Positions 1 through 12,199 of a stretch of DNA of 64,000 bases are shown piece by piece. Position 1 is the first letter of the stretch. Every line of letters begins with the position of its first letter. The DNA lies in NCBI GenBank assembly GCA_040954595.2, contig CM082587.2, positions 2,013,000 to 2,076,999 of the forward strand, read 5' to 3'. The stretch is from Balanoglossus misakiensis. Taxonomy: Eukaryota > Animalia > Hemichordata. The position numbers and the translations under genes are program-made. The notes below the pieces were generated by a model. The model was not told the origin of the DNA. It did no database searches and saw only the letters and a program-made list of their open reading frames with translations.

Positions 1-121
1 TAATGTAATCACATGTATTGAAATATTATATTATAGACTTCAAGTTGGTACATTTAATAGGATTGTTGCTCGTCAACAGACATTCACAAAATGCAAACAA
101 CAGTATGTGTTGTACCATTTA

Positions 122-763
122 CCTTCATCGGTTATGTTACCTTTGACTGGTGTTGCACCTGCTGAGGCCCCAGCAGCGGCAGGTGGCTCAGGTTTCTGTG
201 GTAATACTGTAGCTGTATTCAGTTGTGGTGGAGGTTTAATTGGAGCCACGGACGCTGAAGAGGGTTTTGGAACTGCATAAACCACAGGTGGTTGCGCTGT
301 CGCTACAGAATGATCACTTTCCTCGGCGATTCCTAAAGGAAACCAAAACCAAATTACCATGTTACTATAAGAGATATGTACTTCCTCCAAGTGTATTTTA
401 TTAATTTAACTATACTCTTTATTTTCCAAACCCTGCCCCCCCCCCCTCCCTCAGTGGTCATATCATAGCTACACTGTACATTGTACCTTGTTCTCGTTCG
501 GCTTCTTTGACGTCCTCCACGTAATCAACCATGTCAATATCACGAAGCATCTCCTTAAGTTCATGATAATTTCCTGGTCCAAAGACGCCTTTCCTTTCCA
601 ATGCATCGAAGACATTGACAAACGTAAGCATTCGTGATAGTTCCCCTGGTCGCAAACCATGGGCCCTTGCGCGATTCTTGAACGCGTCCAGTTGGGGCGC
701 TGTGAACGTGTTTTCGAGGAGGTTCTTAAGTCGACCATGAGCTACATGCTCTTGCCGCGGCAT
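122..763 (-). CDS. Death effector domain (DED)-containing protein, 5' part; exons ~763-487 and ~331-122, gene continues beyond the window start
   Basis: Exon 1 encodes an ~90 aa helical domain (LKNLLENTFTAPQLDAFKN...FVNVFDALERKGVFGPGNYHELKEMLRDIDMVDYVEDV) with the DED pattern. It is followed by a GT donor and a Pro/Ala-rich linker exon ending at GAAG|GTAAAT. Confidence 0.65.
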
Positions 764-1164
764 GTTTAAATTAAATCAAAAGCGTGACTCAACGATCCGA
801 ACGGTTGGCCCGCTGAGAATTCAATGTGGGGGTGTCCCGATGTGACCTTGAAAATCTTTTCCAGGAAACGCTTGACATATGACACGGCCAGCGCCCTCTA
901 TCGGGGTCACCGAAACGTACTACATGTACATGTACATTGCAGTATCTTACATACACACAACCCTTTATTTTCAATAAATGAGCGTTATTCCTATCGCAAA
1001 TCTTATCAGAAAGCTTTGCCATAATTCATGTAAAGTTCTATTTTTATTACCACCAATATGATAATTCATAAATATGAAAGGAACAAAAGTGAAATTGTCA
1101 GCAATGCTTACTATGCATACACAGACTGTGAAGAGACTAAAAAGCAAAACACTGGGCATTTATT

Positions 1165-1984
1165 TTACACAGCAGCACCCGTTGGCCCACCTCCCCCTGA
1201 TTGGGATGATGAGGATGAGTGTCTTGTCCTTGAAGTTTCATAATTTGAAAACTGTGGCATCGTTGGCAGGAACTCAGCTTTGATTTGAGCGGCCATCTTG
1301 GCAATGTCGGAATCTATGTTCTCATATTGTCGCACAGCCTTAATAAATTTTATTGCACCTGAAAAAAAAAACCATGATGTTAAGGTCATAACTTGCTTTA
1401 TAGTTGTTTTGCTAATTTTACTGTTTACACATCTTGAAATGTATTCAAATGAGTAAAAGGGATAGTAGAAATGTTAATTTAAAAAGTGTTTGGTTAACAT
1501 TTGCATACTTACCATCACCATCTGGCGAAAAACCATACTTTTGTGTTACTTCTTGCTGAATCTGCATAGTGACTGGGAAAACAATCTGCATCATTTTCAT
1601 CATGTCATTTCCTGCGTTGTCCTTGGCTTCTTCCAACCTTATCTGATTTTCAGGAAGTTCAAAGGCTGCTAGAATATCTCTCAGTGCAGCTACAGTTAGT
1701 TGTTTAAAGAAACAGAAAGAAACCAATCAGACAGATCAAATATAGGAAGAATATACCAGTATTTTCCACGATCAGCATGGATAGTAACAGTGTAATGTGA
1801 CAACATACGTAGTACTTCAAGAAGTATGCTCATGACACCCGTCCCGTCAAAAATCTTGAGACAGTCGTACGACGATCACAATAGAGGACTGCAACCCAAT
1901 AAACAAGTACTGGAAACAAAACACAGTTTTTTTCTCACCTCTAGTTTGTTCTTGTGAAAGATATGGTTTCATGGCTTGAGCCAT
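1165..1984 (-). CDS. C12orf57: Protein C10 (C12orf57/GRCC10 homolog); exons 1984-1939, 1689-1513, 1358-1165
   Basis: The spliced product MAQAMKPYLSQEQTRAALRDILAAFELPENQIRLEEAKDNAGNDMMKMMQIVFPVTMQIQQEVTQKYGFSPDGDGAIKFIKAVRQYE... matches the C10 family pattern. Junctions are GT-AG with consistent phases. Confidence 0.92.
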
Positions 1985-3014
1985 TGGTGTCCAACCACAG
2001 AACCTGTATTGCGAAAGATCCTGCCTCAGTGATGGTCGTTTCGATGGTCGATGAATGAGAAAAAACTGGTAATAGGCTGTCTCTGTTATCAGTTTAACAA
2101 ACTATATGATTTTGTACTTATTGTAACTTATTAGCCGCAGATATTTCCATAAAATCTTTCAGTCTTCCAGTCTAAACAAAATACTGTCATGGTTCGTTTG
2201 TTTGGTTTCCGGGTAAATCTTTCCTATGAGACTCCCTAAGTGTGAATGAAAAATTACAAATGTGAACCATAATCTGTCATTCGGGGAGTCTTTTGGTTCC
2301 GAATTTGCAAGTGGACTTTTTTGATCAGCGATTTTCTCCTTCTTTGTGACATTGATACAACGTCCATTTTCTGTAGTTGTATATAGTAATGTAATTATGT
2401 TCCTTAACAATACAATTAATTATCATGCATGTGTGTGTGTGCCACAGGTGCAATTCTGAATAGCAGTGTATGTCGTAGTGACTGGACTTGTCAATGGACT
2501 GTAATCATGTCGAATAAAAAAAAACCTTCTCAATAGGCTTAATTGGCTGTCATCCAAACCGAAAATGAATATTTACCGAAACGTGATGAGTGGCTTTCTC
2601 ATGTAAAATACACGGGAGAAGCGGTATAGTTCAGGAGTTACGTAAAGAAATGTGAAGTTTCTTTCGTTGAAAACCTTGGTTTGCCTGGGGCAATTCTAAA
2701 CAACGATTACCACGGTCGCTCCGCCATGCAATTACGAAACCCTCCTTTTCTATGGCGAAGAAGGCCAGTTGTCTCTATTGTCATTCAGTAGGGCGAAGCA
2801 TCGAAACACCCGTTTATCTAGTGTTGTTTGAATAGCTTCAACCGTTACGTGAACTGGTGTAGTAAGCCTTCGATAAAGATGCTAAGAGCTGGAGATTTCT
2901 GTTAGATACATTTATCCGTTCCTGCAGAGTGAACTTTTTTTCAGCGGAAGATATTGCAACCAGGCATCCTCGTTTTCCTTGTGCGTGTAAGGTGGTCTTT
3001 GATGTGAAACTGAG

Positions 3015-6000
3015 ATGAACGGAACGGGGGATCTTCGACTTCTGTACAATGCGTACACCCCAGGGAGGAAATTCTTTGTCACCAGCGCCGTCAAAAGTAA
3101 GATATCAGTGTCAGTGTTGTGTTTAACAATATACTCTTTTAGATTAATTGGGCGAAGTTTCTTCACATCTGAGATAATTAGCTAGTCACTGCATTCCACC
3201 TGTCAGCTTTTTGCATTAAGATCAAATTTGTTTCTGTCCGTTTTCCAGGAAAGTTTCCGCCACATGGTGTTCGCGACCGTGACAGGGTCAGCATCATACG
3301 GGGCCAAAAGCCGAAAGAACCTTGCGGTCTACAATCCGACACGATCCACGGGCTTTTCGAACACCTGGCGGCACGCAAAGATCTGGCCAATCAGAAGGCG
3401 GCTGTGGTTTACCGAGGGAAAAGTGTCACCTTTGGGGTGTTAAATGCTACGGCCAATGCCGTTGCACGCGTCATTAGACATCGATTACAGGCGGTTACCT
3501 CGAATGATTCTGCTTCTGCGTGCATTGGTGTATATCTTAATCGCAGCGATATGGCCGTGATGTTGTTAATGGCTATCCTTAAACTTGGGGCGTCTTATCT
3601 TCCCCTGGACTGCCAGCACCCTGAGAAGAGACTGAAATACGTATTAGCAAATGCCACGCCACGATGCGTTATCACAAGCGCAGATAGCGAGATCGCTAAT
3701 ATCTTGACAGATATGCCTGAGGAAGACCGGCCGGTTGTCATGACACTGGATGACCTGGTAACAGACGCGGCGAGTGAACCTTGCCATGATCTCGGGAAAG
3801 GTGAAAAATTGCTCAGCAAATCTAGTCAGACAGCGGGAATTCTGTACGCGTCCGGATCTGCTGGGTTTCCTCAAGGGGTCACGATAGCCCACCGGTCTGT
3901 CATCCACCGTGCAAGCGCTTTACGGAGTTCGTTAAAACTTAAAGATTCCGATATAGGCTGCTGGAAATCTTCCCTCAGCTGCACGGATTCGTTGACCGAG
4001 ATCTTCGGTTTTCTTCTCAATGGTTTGACAATTGTTGTGGTCCCCGATTGCGCGACATCAAGCCCGGAAAAGTTGACGCAGATTTTCGACGAAAACAAGG
4101 TGACGAGGATTTTTCTCGCACCCACGTTACTGTGCAGTATTTTATCTGTGCTGAAAGAAAAACCGCGCAAAGAAAGACTTTTGTCCGTGGAGACATTAGT
4201 GTGTACCGGTGGTGATCTCAGCAGCAATCTCGCAAAGAAGTGCTATTCCATCTTGCCCCATATCAAACTTGCTAACACATGGGGCGTGGCTGAAACGTGT
4301 GGAGATGCCACCCTTTTCTTTGTAAAGCGCCGGGATATTAAAAGCGAAAAGACAGGGCCGATAATAAGTCTCGGTTTACCGATTCAAAATACTAATATCT
4401 ACATTCTTGACGATAATATGACACCTGTCCCTGTTGGTGACGTCGGGATATGCTACGTGAGTGGCCCGTGTATATCTGATGGTTACCTGTCGGGCACGGG
4501 AGGTTCGGAAAGCGCACCAAGAAATAAATTCCGCAGGGAGAAATTTTCTCCGAACCCGTTTGCGACCGATCCGGGACACGACATATTGTTAAACAGCGGT
4601 GAATATATGCGACTGGTGTGTGACTCCAACCAGAGCAAACCAAGGTTGATGTTTGAAGGGCGCCGTGATACGATAGTGAATGTGAACGGAAACAGGATTG
4701 ACTTGAGGGAGATAGAAGATGCCCTGAGCGACGTACCGTTCTTCCAGCGAGTCGTTGTGGTGTACCGTCGCCAGCATGTCGACGAAGAGCCAACGTTGTT
4801 GGCGTTCTACCAAACCCTGTGCGACATCCCTGACTGCACACCTGAATCAATTGGTGAATATTTGCGGTCTGTGCTGCCGAGTCACATGATACCCAAGCTT
4901 GTGCCAGTGGATGATGCCAATATGTTGTCTAATGGTAAGTAGCCGTGCAATCATAATTTTCTCATGTTTCCCTTAAGTTTTGTGTTTATACGACTACTGC
5001 AGTTTCTTGCCCAAAAGACAATAAATCTCCATTATATCTAACAAAGGTGACGATTGCGATGACTCCCTCTACGACAGTTTCGACGAAACAATCACCAACA
5101 CTGTCTCCAATGAAAGTACAGGGGATGATACTTATGACACGGCAGCCCACAGCAGCTTTGACCAAACAATCACCAATGCTGTCTCCGAAGAACTTACCGG
5201 AGATGAGTGTAACGACGCTCTCTACGATAGCTTCGCCAACAAGACAATCGACAGCGTCGCCGCCGATCCAGATTCATGTGATAAATCTGTTCACCCTGAC
5301 CAAATTGATGACGACAGCTCACCTCATGCGTGCGCAATCCGTTCAACAGTGGCCAAGGTTCTTAACATACCAGAGAATGACATCTCAATTAATGATAACT
5401 ACTTTCAACTGAGAAACAGTTCAGGTACGTGAGGGGGTCGCTTGATAAACTTCACCCAATCTTAGTAAAATTGTTGACACTCGCCGGTTTTGTGAAAGAA
5501 AAGTTGCTCGCCTCTATCACTTTGGCAAAGAGACAATTTTTTCTGGACACAATTTGATTAAGATGCTGTTTACTTCATATCTCATCCGTGGTTCGCACAG
5601 TTTGAGTCACGTTATTTTCTTGTTTTCCAGTGAATGCAATGGACGTTATAACCAGAATCCGCGCCAGTGGACTCCAGGTCGAAACTGAAGATTTCTTCTC
5701 GGCGACAACACTAGAAGATTTGCTGCACGTCGAAGTTCCCCCACTGAAACGCGCACCAAACTTCAAAGCCAAAGCCTTGAATGACAGTTTTCACATCCGT
5801 GGTTACAAAATTGTTTCATTAGGTGACGCATCGGCGAGAGAATTTGAAAGTGTTTGTAGGATCGTCGCTGAGACCTATACACTGAACGATCCCATGGTAG
5901 TGGCTTTGGAATCTCCGATAGAAGAGAAATTCCAGGGTTTATATGACGTCATAGAGTCACTCTGCGACGAAAACTTGGTTTTGTCATTCTTTGTCAGTCG

Positions 6001-6622
6001 ACAGAAAGACGGAGAAGTTGCTGCAGTTTGTATAAACCAGGATTTACATCATTTCAACCACACGTATGAACCCAGCATGACTACAAATTCTCACATGAGG
6101 GCACTATTTATGAAAATCAATGAGAGTTTTCAGTTACTGGTTGACAAAGCCGATATCCAAGATCCGTGGCGTTGGTGTTATACTCATTTTATGGCTGTGA
6201 ATGACCGTGAAGATTTCGAGATGAAAGTAGTTCTTCAAAAGTTACTTGAAGTTGGTAAGTAGATACTGAAACATCTTGTTATCACGTAGCAGCTGGTGAA
6301 AAATAAAACTTTACTGTAGCAAGAAGAGTACATATTTTCAGCAAGCTGGATGACAAGTCTATGACAGCGCTGATTACCACGTGACTTCTCTTTTGTCTTG
6401 CGTCTTCCAGAGAAACTCAGGATGGCTCGTTGTCATGGATTCAAAGGATGTTGTGGCATCTACTCCAACCCTTTCAGTGTCGCCATAGCAACCGAAGTTG
6501 GCTACTTGGAAGAAGCGGCATCCGACTACGTTGAGAATTTTGAGTTTGAAGGAAAGCGATATTTTTCTAAAATCCAGCCACCCAACGTCAGAATGAGGGC
6601 GCTGGCCGTTCAGATGTATTAG
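3015..6622 (+). CDS. Ebony-like monomodular NRPS (adenylation - carrier - arylalkylamine N-acetyltransferase-like domain); exons 3015-3096, 3249-4934, 5047-5424, 5631-6254, 6411-6622
   Basis: N-terminus SIIRG...TIHGLFEH...AAVVY resembles Ebony. AMP-binding motifs are LKLGASYLPLD, YASGSAGFPQG and GRRDTIVNVNGNRIDLREIE. Carrier domain is VAKVLNI...NYFQLRNSSVNAMDV. C-terminal domain RMARCHGFKGCCGIYSNPFS...YVENFEFEGKRYF is aaNAT-like as in Ebony. All introns are phase 1 GT-AG. Confidence 0.85.
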
Positions 6623-7225
6623 CGGAGTGTAGAGAGAATAAAACAAATAAAACTACAGACGCAACATGTCTCACAACATTCTTGTATCTTTAATCATCCC
6701 TGGAATGTTGGAATTGTAAGGTCAAATCCCCTCAGTCTACTTTTTTTTATCTGGGAGACATCCAATGGCATCGTGACTTTGGGAAATCTTAGCATATAAC
6801 AAAACAAACTCACTCGCTGTATTTTCACATGGAATCTTAAGGATATACTTAACTCTTGGAAGTAAATAGAACTGGCAAATTGTAAAATATTTTACTAAAA
6901 GGATGGAATCTTCAATAAACGTAACTGGTATATTTTCTTCATAATATAGTATTTAAATCTGACAATAAATATAAAAAAACTATAAATAAAAGTTTTTAAG
7001 CAGGGACTTTCTGCAGTTGCTTGTTTTAACAAAGGAAAAGATATGTGCAAAATAAATATAACTCAATAAGATAAACGGAAATAATTTTTGATAATAAATA
7101 AATCTTAACTTTTTTTATAATGTCTTTTTTGTCATACAGTGAAAACATGGTCGCAATCTTCTCTTGTAGAAAAACTAGAACTCTACAATGAGCAACGGTA
7201 CCATCTGGTAACTGTGGAGATGTTG

Positions 7226-9653
7226 CTAATGGTTGCAATCTTTTACAGTGTTGTTGTTTCTGTCCATCGTACGCGTTGCAACTGGGAGAAGACCGAATTT
7301 GCCGTTAGGTAGAATTTGAACCCACGATGGCGCTCCACCGTAGCTCAACATAACCGGAGCCGACGCTGGTGAAGTTGGCTGGTAGCACGACCCTACAAAA
7401 GAACATACCATTGTATGTCATTTTAATGGGAAAGTAAAATAAAATGGCAAGATATAGAGTTGATATCTGTTCCTTAACTTTCTCACCTGGTTGTTGTGGT
7501 GGTGGCATCGGTTGTTGCTGCTGTTGAACCGACATCTGTGATGACGTCACACCAACTCTGTCAGTTTGGTCCAAAATCTCCTGAAGTGTATTGATATACC
7601 ATATAGCTGTTCTCAAAGTGTCCACTTTGCTGTAGGTGCTTCCTCGCTTATTCTTCGAGATGTTGACGATGGGCAGGACACCTCGCAATAAGTCGAAACC
7701 GCCGTTCATTTTGTTCACGCGCATCCTCTCTCGTTCATTGGCTTTCTTTCTCATCACTTCCTTCAGATCTTGTGGTTTCACTTCTGATGCCGGTGTTTCC
7801 GCCCTTGTTTCAGTCAAAGACTTTGTCGCTCTTCTCTGCTTCAGCAGCAGTTTTGTCGGCGTGCTTTTTCTCTTTCTGCTGGCCCTGTATCGCACCCTTT
7901 CCGTCGTCTGCTCGATTTTGCTTGCCGCGGTGTTTGTGCGCAGGCTGCTGCTGGTGGTAAATCTACTTGCGGACACGACCGTTCCACAGAGTTGTAGTTG
8001 CAAAGGCGCTGTCGTCAAGGTCTGCTGGTTTGTCGTCATCGTCTTGCCAACCATGGAGACGCTGTTGCCTTGGAAGCAAGCCTCTTGCATGGACAACGGC
8101 TGCAGCTGTACCACAGTAAAGTTGGTGGCGAGGTTAGTGGCGGACGCAAAAGGTTGCAGTTGGTTTATCGGCTGGGCAGCGAAACTGGACAGCGTTCCCA
8201 TGGTAACAATACCATTCGAGAAGTTGAATGTGGGCGTGGCCTCTGGTGGAGGAACCGGGTTTGTGTAAAAAGAGCAAGCGGAATTCATGGTTTGTGCAGA
8301 AATCGTCTCAATTGCCGCTACTCCTGGTTGTAAACTTCTTGACGTTTCGGCGGCTTTCACGACCGAAGAATTTCCACTGCTCGAAAACTGCGACTGCCCG
8401 CTTGCGTTTAACGATTCTAAAGTTACTTGCGTAATATTCGAGGTGTTGAAATTGTTAGTTACAGAAACGGAGCGGTTGAAATCTGCAGAGGTCGGCAAAC
8501 CCCCCGCCTCTCGAGGAGGCGATGATGCCGCTTGCCTTCTCGTGTTGCCATTTATTGGTCTCAAGCTGCGCAGAATGCCTGCTTTTGTATCCAGGCTATT
8601 GACTCTCTTTGCCGAGAAGGCAGTTCTTCCTGGTGGGCGAAGTGTTCTTGTCACTGGTGGTGGCGTGCGAATGCAGTTACATACATCCCTAGATCTCGTA
8701 ATTTCCACCGGGAATACAGCGCCTGGTTTATCGGGTGGAACAACGTCGATTATTTGAACATCACGTGCACCACCTGAATTTGGGTTTGAGGAGACATAAC
8801 CGGTATCCATGGAAGTGGCTCTCGCATCGTTTCCGCCATTTCTTTTGATTTCAACTATATCTGCCGTATTGTCACTAGTTTCTAGGTGTGGTATTTTCTC
8901 TCCATATTTTTCCTTGTGGGCGGAATAATAACTTATTTCGCTTTCATTTCCTCTGCTGTTTGTGGCCTGCAGGGGGTTGCAACAGGTGTCTTGCACCTGT
9001 GCGGTCACTTCGTTCCTCGGATAATAATGGAAGGTTGACCGAGAGCTGGCCGGAACGTCGATGGAAGAACACCCACTCCCACCGTAACCATCGGACGCTT
9101 CGCCGGTGTAGCCAAAGATGTGCCGCAAGTTTGAGTTCGGTGGCTGAGAGGTGGATTCAGTAACGGCATGGCTCTGACCGCTTGTAAGTGGCGGTAAACT
9201 TAAACTCAAGGGTGACTGAAAGGGACGGAATCTGTTGTTCGGCAAGGAAAACTCGCTGCTCGGGTTTTGCGCCGGTCTGTAAGACGATGCGCCGTACTGT
9301 TGATTCGGGTAGAAGTGAAAATGTGAATTCAGACCTGACCTACTAGTATCGCCTTCTGCGTATGGGCCGATACTTCCAACATGTTGTTGAGGATTGTCAT
9401 AATATGACTGGTTGTGGAAGGCTTTGTTGTACGGCTGCTGGTTGTAACACTGTAGAACTCGGCGGTCCTCCTGGACCTGCCATTCCTGGGTGTACGGTAA
9501 CATGTATGGCTGCACGGACTGGAAACTTGGATATGAATTTAACGGTGCGTTGCTAGCCGGAAACCTGTTGTCGCCAATACCTGTCGCATACATGGCATTA
9601 GTTGACATGGACCCGTATGGTTGGGCAGCTGGCATTGACATGAAATTGTCCAT
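7226..9653 (-). CDS. bHLH transcription factor, Achaete-scute-like domain near the C-terminus; exons 9653-7487 and 7392-7226
   Basis: RKKANERERMRVNKMNGGFDLLRGVLP...SKVDTLRTAIWYINTLQEIL is a class A bHLH domain. A 94-nt GT-AG intron joins the long ORF in phase to the 7226..7411 ORF. Confidence 0.85.
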
Positions 9654-12199
9654 CTTGACAGTATTTCAATTGTACTCACACGCCTTCTTGTCTGTCACTT
9701 CTGCGGGAAAATTCAAACGCTCGGAAATTGACACGTGTTGTGCTATTTCGTCATACCCATCGTTTCTGGCGACTCGACCAATCAGGTGCAACATGGTCTC
9801 GTGACATTTGCATATTAAGAAAGAACGCACGTCTCCGTGTTAAGTGGTCGCTGGCTCCTGTAAAAGTCACATGTTTACCGTTACTTATCGCCTGTATGTG
9901 TGACCGCAATTTCATAAATTGACCCGCTGATGACTGAAAACGTTTACGCGCAAATTTTCAGTGAAAGAAAGTGTTGTCTTTCACATGTTGTCATAGAAAC
10001 TGCAAGCAGCTGTGATGCGCCGATCCTGTCAACAAATCATATCACGTGACTCGCATGTTTCATCGCTGGTTAGGGGCTGTTTTTTTTTCACAAATGCATG
10101 CAATGTTGTACTGCATTTTTCCGCACTGAACATTAATATACTAAAAGTCGATTAGGAATTTAACAGTATTGACTGGATATACATGCAATATTTGATAAAA
10201 TAGCGAACACAGAAAAACAGAAAGACATAAAACAAACATTTTCTTGAGGTTATTTCCTGTTTATTCAGGACATGTAGATACATTAATACCAAAATAATAT
10301 TAATATTCATACAATGCAAATCAATATGCTAATTTGACTACGGGATCATTCAAAGCTTTCTCACTGTAGATACAGAGTAGATTCCATTTGATGGATTGGA
10401 TGAAATAGTGCAAGGGAAAGTTCAGAGGGTAAATTAGGAAATATAGAAGAACTGGGACCTTCCTGTAATATAATAACTTGCAAGAGGAAAGGTTAATAGG
10501 GAAGGCTTGCAGTGAATTACACAAATATCTGTACTGCTACATATCTGCCTGAATATTAATGAAATCTTAACATATCATACTGAACCTTTCAGTGTACATG
10601 TAAATGATTGTATAGACAAAATTACATTTGTTTAAAAAACACAAAGCCTTGCTTATCGAGAAGCCAAACGTGAAACAGTAGAGTTTTGTGACCTGTGGTA
10701 GTTTGGATTATGATACAGTTAGGGTTGTATGTAATAATGGGGTGTTCACAATTCAAGACTGAAATGAAAATGTCACAAATTTGGCACACTGAAGACCAAT
10801 TCATGCTTTTGTGTTTTTCTTCACACAACTTCAAATGATTGTGGACAGTAGACTATGTACTATGCTACATCGGTTGAATATAAAAAGGCGGCCCAGAATA
10901 TACATCAATATGAGTTGCAGTTGCCTTTGAATTTGACACTGTCCACCTTACAGAGACAAATATAAAATGGAAATACTGAATTGTAATGATATTCTGGTTT
11001 ACGCTAACAAAATCCTATCATCTTTCCACATCGAGAACTTCAGTAATCTCCACCTATGTGTATATGCAACATTTAAATGTACACATTTCGTTTATCCATC
11101 TTGCTGTGTTCCTTAGTGACTGTGCACTCTCTTACAAGTCTGTCTAAGGACACACTTTTCAGACCTTGGCATGCAAGATTCAATATCCTTTACAAATAAC
11201 ATTCAGACATCAAAAACGTCTGAGTCAGTGTTAAATATGACAATTAGGAAGCACATGTATTATCTAAGGTGAATAAAAAGTACAAAAAATTGGCTACATA
11301 TGTATTTTTACTGTATTGTCCTAGCCTGTTGATCATATTCACAAATAGCAGTCTGAAAAATTTCAATACACATCTGAAAATCTTTGTCTAATGTTATACA
11401 ATGACACAGAGAACCTTGGATATCACAATTCATACACTCTCAAATGTTTTTTTCACCAATATGCCTTTTACAATAAAACAACTGATTAAAAATTGTATGT
11501 ATGTACATGAACTATTACTCTGGAAGTCTTCGCTATTATTTGTTGCCAACATTAAAAGAGCTGTGATTGGCTACACTGATTGAAGCCAATACATGTAATC
11601 TTCTGTGACAACCAATCAATACCTGTCTTTTTTATTCACGATAATAAAAGTTTTAAGGCAAATATTGTTCCTTACAATTTTCGGGCACAACAACAGAGGC
11701 AGCACGAAAATTATTATTTTTTTTACTTATCAGTGACATTATACAATAATTTTATGACATTGATGTTTATATAATTACAATGAGACTGAAAGAAATATAA
11801 CAATGATTATGTGATTTCTGCAGATTTATTCACTTTATGATTAAATAACGAAAGGATTTGGCTCAATCCCCACCTGGAAATGGCAGACACTACTGTTGTA
11901 TATACAAATGAAGGCAATTAATAGACTGCAAGAACGTTTGGTTTAGAGGTAATAGACAGGGAGATAACTGTAGCTGTATGTTGCTATATTACAACATGAT
12001 TGATAAAATACTGTTGTACATAAGTACACATGGTATATGTCACAAAATGCAGGTAATAATGCTTCCTCTTGGATATGGCAAGTAATATGACATGTTGTTT
12101 TTTTTGTTTGGTCCGTGAAAATAGTCAGCGTTTCCCTTATTATTATGTTTTTTTGAAAGCTATAATCTCTCTGTAAACGTCTTCTTTATTCCGAAGTAA

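Noticed and set aside
5047-5412. Listed 121-aa Thr/Ser-rich ORF
   Set aside because: It is a shadow frame of the NRPS exon; the other frame encodes the carrier domain.
3015-6622. Bacterial contamination or recent horizontal transfer of the NRPS
   Set aside because: The gene has spliceosomal introns, an animal Ebony-type architecture and metazoan neighbours.
7636-8757. Plus-strand ORFs of 111-210 aa
   Set aside because: They are antisense shadows of the bHLH exon with no recognisable domains.
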